A stretch of DNA of 64,000 nucleotides, taken from the NCBI GenBank assembly GCA_010093745.1, contig MU005975.1, forward strand, positions 62,001 through 126,000. Direction: 5' to 3'. The stretch is from Piedraia hortae CBS 480.64. Lineage: Eukaryota. The notes below the pieces were generated by a model. That model did no database searches, was not told where the DNA came from, and worked only from the letters and a program-made list of their open reading frames with translations. The stretch's first letter is position 1; every line of letters starts with the position of its first letter. A program made the position numbers and the translations under genes. This document shows, in pieces, positions 58,358-64,000 of the stretch.

Positions 58358-59446
58358 ATGACGCTCGAAGCAATCAGCTACCAACCGGGCTCTCTCCAAA
58401 TCCTCGACCAACTACTCCTACACCACAAAAGCAACTACATCTCCATTCGCACAGCCGAAGATGCACACAACGCAATATCCAAGATGCAAGTGCGCGGTGC
58501 CCCAGCAATTGCCATTGTGGCAGTCCTATCTCTCGCCGTCGAACTCCACAACAACAAAGACAACTTCCCGCAATCCGCACAAGCCATGGCAGACTTCGTC
58601 AATCAGAAACTAAACTACCTTCTCACGTCGCGTCCGACGGCTGTGAACCTCTCCAACGCTGTGCGCGAATTAGCCGCCCAGCCCTATCCGAACGCAACAT
58701 CAGAGGACGTAGTCAAGGAATACACAAACCGCGCAGAGGAAATCTTCCGCGCCGATCTATCAACCAACAAATCCCTCTCCTCCCACGGCACGGAATGGCT
58801 CTGCAAAGCATCCCTATCCCCTCGCAGACTTAACATCCTAACGCACTGCAACACCGGCTCACTAGCGACCAGCGGGTGGGGCACCGCGCTCGGCGTCGTC
58901 CGCAGCCTACACTCCCGAGGCGCGCTGGAGAGAGTATATTTCACCGAAACGAGGCCATATAACCAAGGTGCGCGGTTGACAGCATACGAAGTCCTAAGTG
59001 ATCAACTCCCTGGGATGCTGATCCCCGATTCGGCTGTTGCGAGTTTGTTGAGGAGTAGACAGATTGATGCGGTTATTGTCGGCGCGGACCGCATCGCGAG
59101 GAATGGTGATACGGCGAATAAGATCGGAACGTATGGGATTGCGATCGCGGCGAGGTATCATGGTGTGAAGTTTTTGGTTGCGGCGCCCCTGTCGACGGTT
59201 GATTGGGAGTTGGAGGGTGGGGAGCAAATCAAGATTGAGGAGAGGGCTGCGGAGGAGTTTGTCAAATTGGGGGATGTGAGGCTTGCGCCTGAGGGAACAG
59301 AGGCGTGGAATCCCGCGTTTGATGTTACGCCTGCGGCTTTGATTGATGGAATTGTTACGGAGGAAGGGATTGTGGAGAGGGATGGGGATAGGTTTAATTT
59401 GAAGGCATTTAGGCGAAGAGTTGAGAGGGAGAGGAAGAGGATGTGA
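58358..59446 (+). CDS. MRI1: Methylthioribose-1-phosphate isomerase
   Basis: MQVRGAPAI, SRPTAVNL, THCNTGSLAT, ETRPYNQGARLT, GADRIARNGDTANKIGT, NPAFDVTP motifs. Confidence 0.96.
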   Translation: MTLEAISYQPGSLQILDQLLLHHKSNYISIRTAEDAHNAISKMQVRGAPAIAIVAVLSLAVELHNNKDNFPQSAQAMADFVNQKLNYLLTSRPTAVNLSNAVRELAAQPYPNATSEDVVKEYTNRAEEIFRADLSTNKSLSSHGTEWLCKASLSPRRLNILTHCNTGSLATSGWGTALGVVRSLHSRGALERVYFTETRPYNQGARLTAYEVLSDQLPGMLIPDSAVASLLRSRQIDAVIVGADRIARNGDTANKIGTYGIAIAARYHGVKFLVAAPLSTVDWELEGGEQIKIEERAAEEFVKLGDVRLAPEGTEAWNPAFDVTPAALIDGIVTEEGIVERDGDRFNLKAFRRRVERERKRM

Positions 59447-59659
59447 GCTGTTGTAAGAAGAGGATCTTTCGTGCTTGCATGTAGGCTGGCGACAGCTTCA
59501 TGATGTGATGCCGTACCAAAAAGTTGTCCCGAAGAGCGATTACAAGTTATTCCAAGCCAAAGTTTAAACCCGCTTGATTTGGTGGGCTAAGAAACCGTCA
59601 ATTACGCCAAGATACCTTACTTCCCAACAGCATGCAACATACTCTGGCTTCGACAGCTT

Positions 59660-60380
59660 AGTCCAAACTCTATCGTCATCATCGGCGTCACCTTTACCCA
59701 ATCGTGAACCAGGCCGAATGTCTAACTCCAAGTTGCTGAATAGCGTACACAAGGCGTGAGCGGCACCAGCGATACCTGACACCGAAATAGCCGTACTTAC
59801 CCAACGATGCACATATACCGTACCATGACGGACAACCAGCGAGAAGACGTGGACGCAATCCGCCGCACAAACAACGCAATCTCGTTCTGGCCAGAATTTC
59901 TCAAATGCAAGCAGCCCAATGCCAATATCATCCTGTTACGGCAGTCCATGCTCTTGTGCACCGAAGATCCGCGCCCTGATCGACTCCCTGAAGCATCACA
60001 CCTTCCTTCCGGTAACCCAAAACTGCACCCCAATGTCCTCCCATTGGTATCTTTCCTGCTCTGTCATCAAAGCTGCTTTCCACTGATTCCATAACCCCGA
60101 AGCCGAGTTGTCACCCGCCGTCTGACCCAGTTGTTGGGCTCCCTACTCAAGTTTCATGATCTCAACAACAGCATAATGGCAGGCTGCGGTGTGTACGTTT
60201 GCTTCGGCATGTCTCAGCCACTTTTCATGAAGCTGCTTGCGTCTGGCCGGGATGGCATTGTCGATTTGCGACTGACCGCTAAGACACTGGATACCGCTGC
60301 TGAAGGGAGGGAAATGCTAAGAGGGATCGAATCTGAGGCGCGAGCAGGTGTGGAGGGCTTGAAAATGTGGAGAAGACGGG
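59660..60380 (+). pseudogene. Decayed duplicate of the NEDD8 protease DEN1/SENP8
   Basis: REDVDAIR..NAISFW..NIILLRQSM, SHWYL..AFH, CGVYVC..GREMLRGIE spread over several frames; same intron position as the gene at 63744. Confidence 0.8.
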
Positions 60381-61524
60381 GCCACCAAACAGCGATGATC
60401 AATACACCATCCCGCCATCGTTCCCTGAAGCCTCGAACCGGGCCTATACGACAAGTCGGGCTGTCACGGATTAACAACTCACCCGCCAGCCCTACAACCA
60501 GGCACATGCGGGAAATTTGGCGGGATGCCTATGTGGGAGTCCTGCTTGACAACCCGTCAAGGTCTTTCTAGGGAAGCAAGAGACGAGGTATACTGGTCTC
60601 AAGCATTGAAAAAAGATCACAAACATTCCGGTCGAGCACGGGAAACTTACTTTGGCGAGTAGGCGTCTATTATGTGAGGGGAGGTCAACCGCTGCTAATC
60701 CGTCCGATAGAGGCCTGGAAGATGTGGCATTCTGCGAGAAACCACTGGACGATCATAAGCACCAAGATCGAGGAATGGGAAGAGGAGGACGAGGACGAGG
60801 TTAATAATGTTGTGGGCAATTTGATGAAAAGCAGCTAGCGAACGATGATTTGGCGGGGCAGCCAGATGTTCCCACTGCCATAACGGCGAGAGAGAGCTGG
60901 TTGCCGCTCAACAAGGCCCGAAGAAGGTAGACGCGGTCATATGTATTTTGTCAAGTCATTAGCCCTGCAAACCGACATGTGGTTTGGATAGAGCATTGTG
61001 GTTCAGATTGCGTCAGTTGATTTGAAGCAAGATGAATAGTGTTATCGGTTTTACGACAGTTTCAGCCCGACCAGGTCCTAAAAGGCTTGAAATCTGCGCC
61101 GCACAGTCACAGTGGGAAGGGAAATTCCTATGAATGACCATATGTAGGTGGAGGTAGGAGCAGCAAAGACCATAAGCGTGTGTCAACTTCTTCTTATTGG
61201 GGAGAGGGCGTTTCATCTCTGCAGTTTTGAGGAACCTCGATCACTGCCTTTTTCTGTGCTTGAAACTTGGATATAGGTATCTTGCTTTACGGAGTCTCTT
61301 GATGAAACAACGATGAGGATGCCCGATATCGGCCGTTACGGGCCTCAACGACGCGACAAAATCGGAGTTTGGCAAACCAATATGGAGGATAGAAAAGTCA
61401 AAAACGATGAGTGGATTCGATAAAATCTGGCTCAGTAATGGTATCACTCTTGCTGTTACCGCCATCTAGAATGCTATAGGCAGAGTACATAACTTCGACG
61501 CGATGGTGAGGATTTTTTGACAGT

Positions 61525-63228
61525 CTACGTATCTGGCTCGATTGTTGTACCTTCCAGGATGGTGGCCCAGCCTATCAGACGCCAGTGCTTTTCAATTCTG
61601 CGGCTCAAGGCGACCTTTTCCCCAATCTCCGTACACGCGGGACTTGTTAATTGTAGCTTGGCAGCGTCTGCCTTGACAGCCACCACCTTTGCCCCCGTAG
61701 CTGTAGAGCCAATATTGACCATGAGGACCTCGTTCTTGGCCAGCTTAGCCACCTTTGCTTGCTTACCGTCTGCCGTCTTCACACCCAGCAGTCGACGAAG
61801 GAGAAAGTAGTTGATTTCCAGCTCGGCAAAGATCTTGGGCAGCTTCCCCTTGAGGCCGAGAACGAAGCCCACCAAACGATCTGCTCGGCAGAGCGTGGGA
61901 TCGATGCGTGTGCCAACACCGATAAGACCACCAGGAACGGCGAATTTGAGGTTGTTGTTTTCGGCAAAGAGCGAGATGACACGGGAAAAGATGGGCTTGC
62001 AACGAATGCTGCCGCTGTCGTCGCGTGTGACGATTCCTGGACGAATCTCAATCTCATCACCCAACTTCAGGATGCCAGTGAGGATAGAACCACCAGCTAC
62101 ACCTCCCTGGAGCTCTTCAATCTCTGACCCTGGTTTGTTGACGTCAAACGATCGGATGATGATCATATGAGGATTATCCTGGAAGTTACGCACGGGCACG
62201 GGGATCTTGGTGCAGAGCATCTCGCTCACGGCACAAATGTTAGTCTTCAACTGCGCCGAGATGGGGATTATAGGGGAGCCTTCAGCCACGGTGCCGCGGA
62301 TGAACTTCTTGATCGACTCATAGTGCTCGTCTGCCTTATCTTTTCGCACGAGATCGACCTTGTTCTGCAAGATTATGATGTGCTGCAGCTTCATGATCTC
62401 AATGGCAGCAAGATGCTCAGACGTCTGCGGTTGCGGACACGGCTCATTACCGGCTACGAGCAGCAGAGCAGCATCCATGACGGCGGCACCAGAAAGCATG
62501 GTGCTCATGAGAATGTCGTGGCCGGGACAGTCAACGAAGCTGCATGGTCAGCAAGATGCCACATGCGGAGGGAGGGGATTATATTCAAATGCCGTAGATA
62601 GACAAGTAATCACTTGCAATATGCCGTAAACAGGCAGATAATCACTCGCAACATGCCATGGACAAGGCAAATTCACTCACCTTACGTGTCTCAGCAGCCT
62701 ATACGTGCCGCCGCACCCTTCCCGCTCACACGGCGGGTCGATTTCCTTTTCGCTTTTATAGCTGCGGTAACATTCCGGCCGCGGACATTTGGGATTATCA
62801 CATTTGTAGACCTTGGCATTGGCATAGCCGAGCTTGATGGTGATGTTCCGTTCCAGCTCGTTCTTGAAGCGCACCGTTTGCACGCCCGAGATGGCCTTGA
62901 CCACCGTACTCTTTCCGTGTGCGACATGGCCAATGGTGCCAATGTTGATGGTCGCCTGTCTGCAGATGATTTCGGGGGAGAGCGGCGTCAGGGAGGCGAT
63001 GTCCAGATTGACCGGGTCGGGCTGTTCGGGTAACTCGGGTCGTGCCGCCAGCGCCGCCGCCGCTGCGTTGCTCTTCTTCAGCGCCGACTTGGGCATCGGC
63101 GCTGGCCCCTTGGCTCTGCTCTCGGCATCTCCCTCAACGTCGCCGTCACCCTGGGTCTCAGTTGCAGTCAAGACGGGCGACTGTGGTGGGCTCTCTTCGT
63201 CGGAAGAGAAGTCATCGTTGTCAGCCAT
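61525..63228 (-). CDS. GCD11: Translation initiation factor eIF2 gamma; exons 63228-62681 and 62539-61525
   Basis: [41 protein letters not shown] motifs; 141-nt GTGAGT..GCTGAC..CAG intron. Confidence 0.97.
62589..62680 (-). repeat. ~32-bp tandem repeat x3 at the 5' end of the GCD11 intron
   Basis: ATGCC-started units at 62589, 62621 and 62653. Confidence 0.8.
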
Positions 63229-63743
63229 GATTGTGGTTTTCCTCTCTGCGTTGGTACTTGAGCCTGCCTGTTGGTCGTTTGGGTGCTTCTAACCGTGCGT
63301 CGTGGCAGCTGGCGCTGGCGTAGCGGTGAGTGGTGGAGCAAAAGTTTTAAGTGGGGCAGAATCGGTGACCTCACCGCCCCGCGGGCGTGAATTCGCCAAC
63401 CCCACTACAGGCTACGCACATCATGAGCTGCCCAACACCGGTCAGCGGCAGCTCATGCTTCACCAATTATAGACAGATTCAATCCGCTAATCTGTCCAAC
63501 ATCTTGCTTTTGGAGTGACTTTACAACCCATATTGTCACACACGAACACGAGGCATCATTTTGTTCGTTGCAGCTCTAGCTAAACTCGCTTGACGGCCTC
63601 GGCCTCTGTTTCAGGCAGTTATAAGGGCTGCGGCCGAGTGATTGGTGCCTAACGTCGTCGCAGGCGGATATCAGACCCTAACCCTAGCTTGTACCCGTCC
63701 GCCAAAGACGCACCCTCGGCTTCGACATCATCGAGAGGACGAA

Positions 63744-64000
63744 ATGCGTCATAAAACTTCGTCGGCGTCTCTCTCGTCCAATTCTGGATCTCGCCGCATG
63801 TCCAACCCCGGCTTCCACCCATTTGGCGGACGCGTCAGCAAACACTATATCGAGTCCAGCAACGGCTCTCATGGCGTAAGCGGCTCCCTGTGCAAGCGGC
63901 AACAGACGCTAACAAAGCAGTACTCGCCCGATGACGCATACCTCTCATACTATGACGTTCGACTGACGCGCGATGATGTGGACGCAATCCGCGGCGATTG
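63744..64000 (+). CDS. NEDD8-specific protease DEN1/SENP8 (DenA), 5' part; exon 63744-63875, intron to 63917 or 63920; runs off the window
   Basis: SPDDAYLSYYDVRLTRDDVDAIRGDW matches the DenA-type N-terminus; GTAAGC..GCTAAC..AAGCAG intron. Confidence 0.82.
   Translation, partial: MRHKTSSASLSSNSGSRRMSNPGFHPFGGRVSKHYIESSNGSHGVSGSLCKRQQTLTKQYSPDDAYLSYYDVRLTRDDVDAIRGD

Noticed and set aside
60570..61470. Short ORFs between the DEN1 relic and GCD11
   Set aside because: No recognisable product

Overview
Fungal (Pezizomycotina-type, probably Dothideomycete; inferred) nuclear DNA with compact, intron-poor genes. Blocks of conserved housekeeping genes (RIB4, MAK11, EAF1, an OSCA/TMEM63 channel and PAN1 at 12.7-27.2 kb; MRI1, GCD11/eIF2-gamma and the start of DEN1 at 58.3-64 kb) alternate with repeat-rich accessory zones (0-12, 28-42 and 45-58 kb). 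These zones hold at least four solo-LTR families, degenerate Ty1/copia, Ty3/gypsy, LINE, hAT and Helitron fossils, an intron-containing tRNA-Lys(CTT), and many local or divergent gene duplicates. Most notable: (1) an intact, spliced but highly divergent eIF4E-fold gene lacking the cap-binding and eIF4G-binding residues, 3 kb from an Argonaute PAZ relic and between two pairs of duplicated orphan genes; (2) a copia element hidden in the 10-N gap, with 124-bp LTRs, a 5-bp TSD, TG..TA termini and a half-tRNA-iMet primer site; (3) a ~120-bp element with AGTT..AACT termini and 5-bp TSDs; (4) a RhoGAP paralog without the canonical arginine finger; (5) a decayed local copy of DEN1; (6) an 86-bp near-perfect hairpin at the 5' end of a gypsy relic. 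All homology calls come from motif recognition by eye; no database searches were run.
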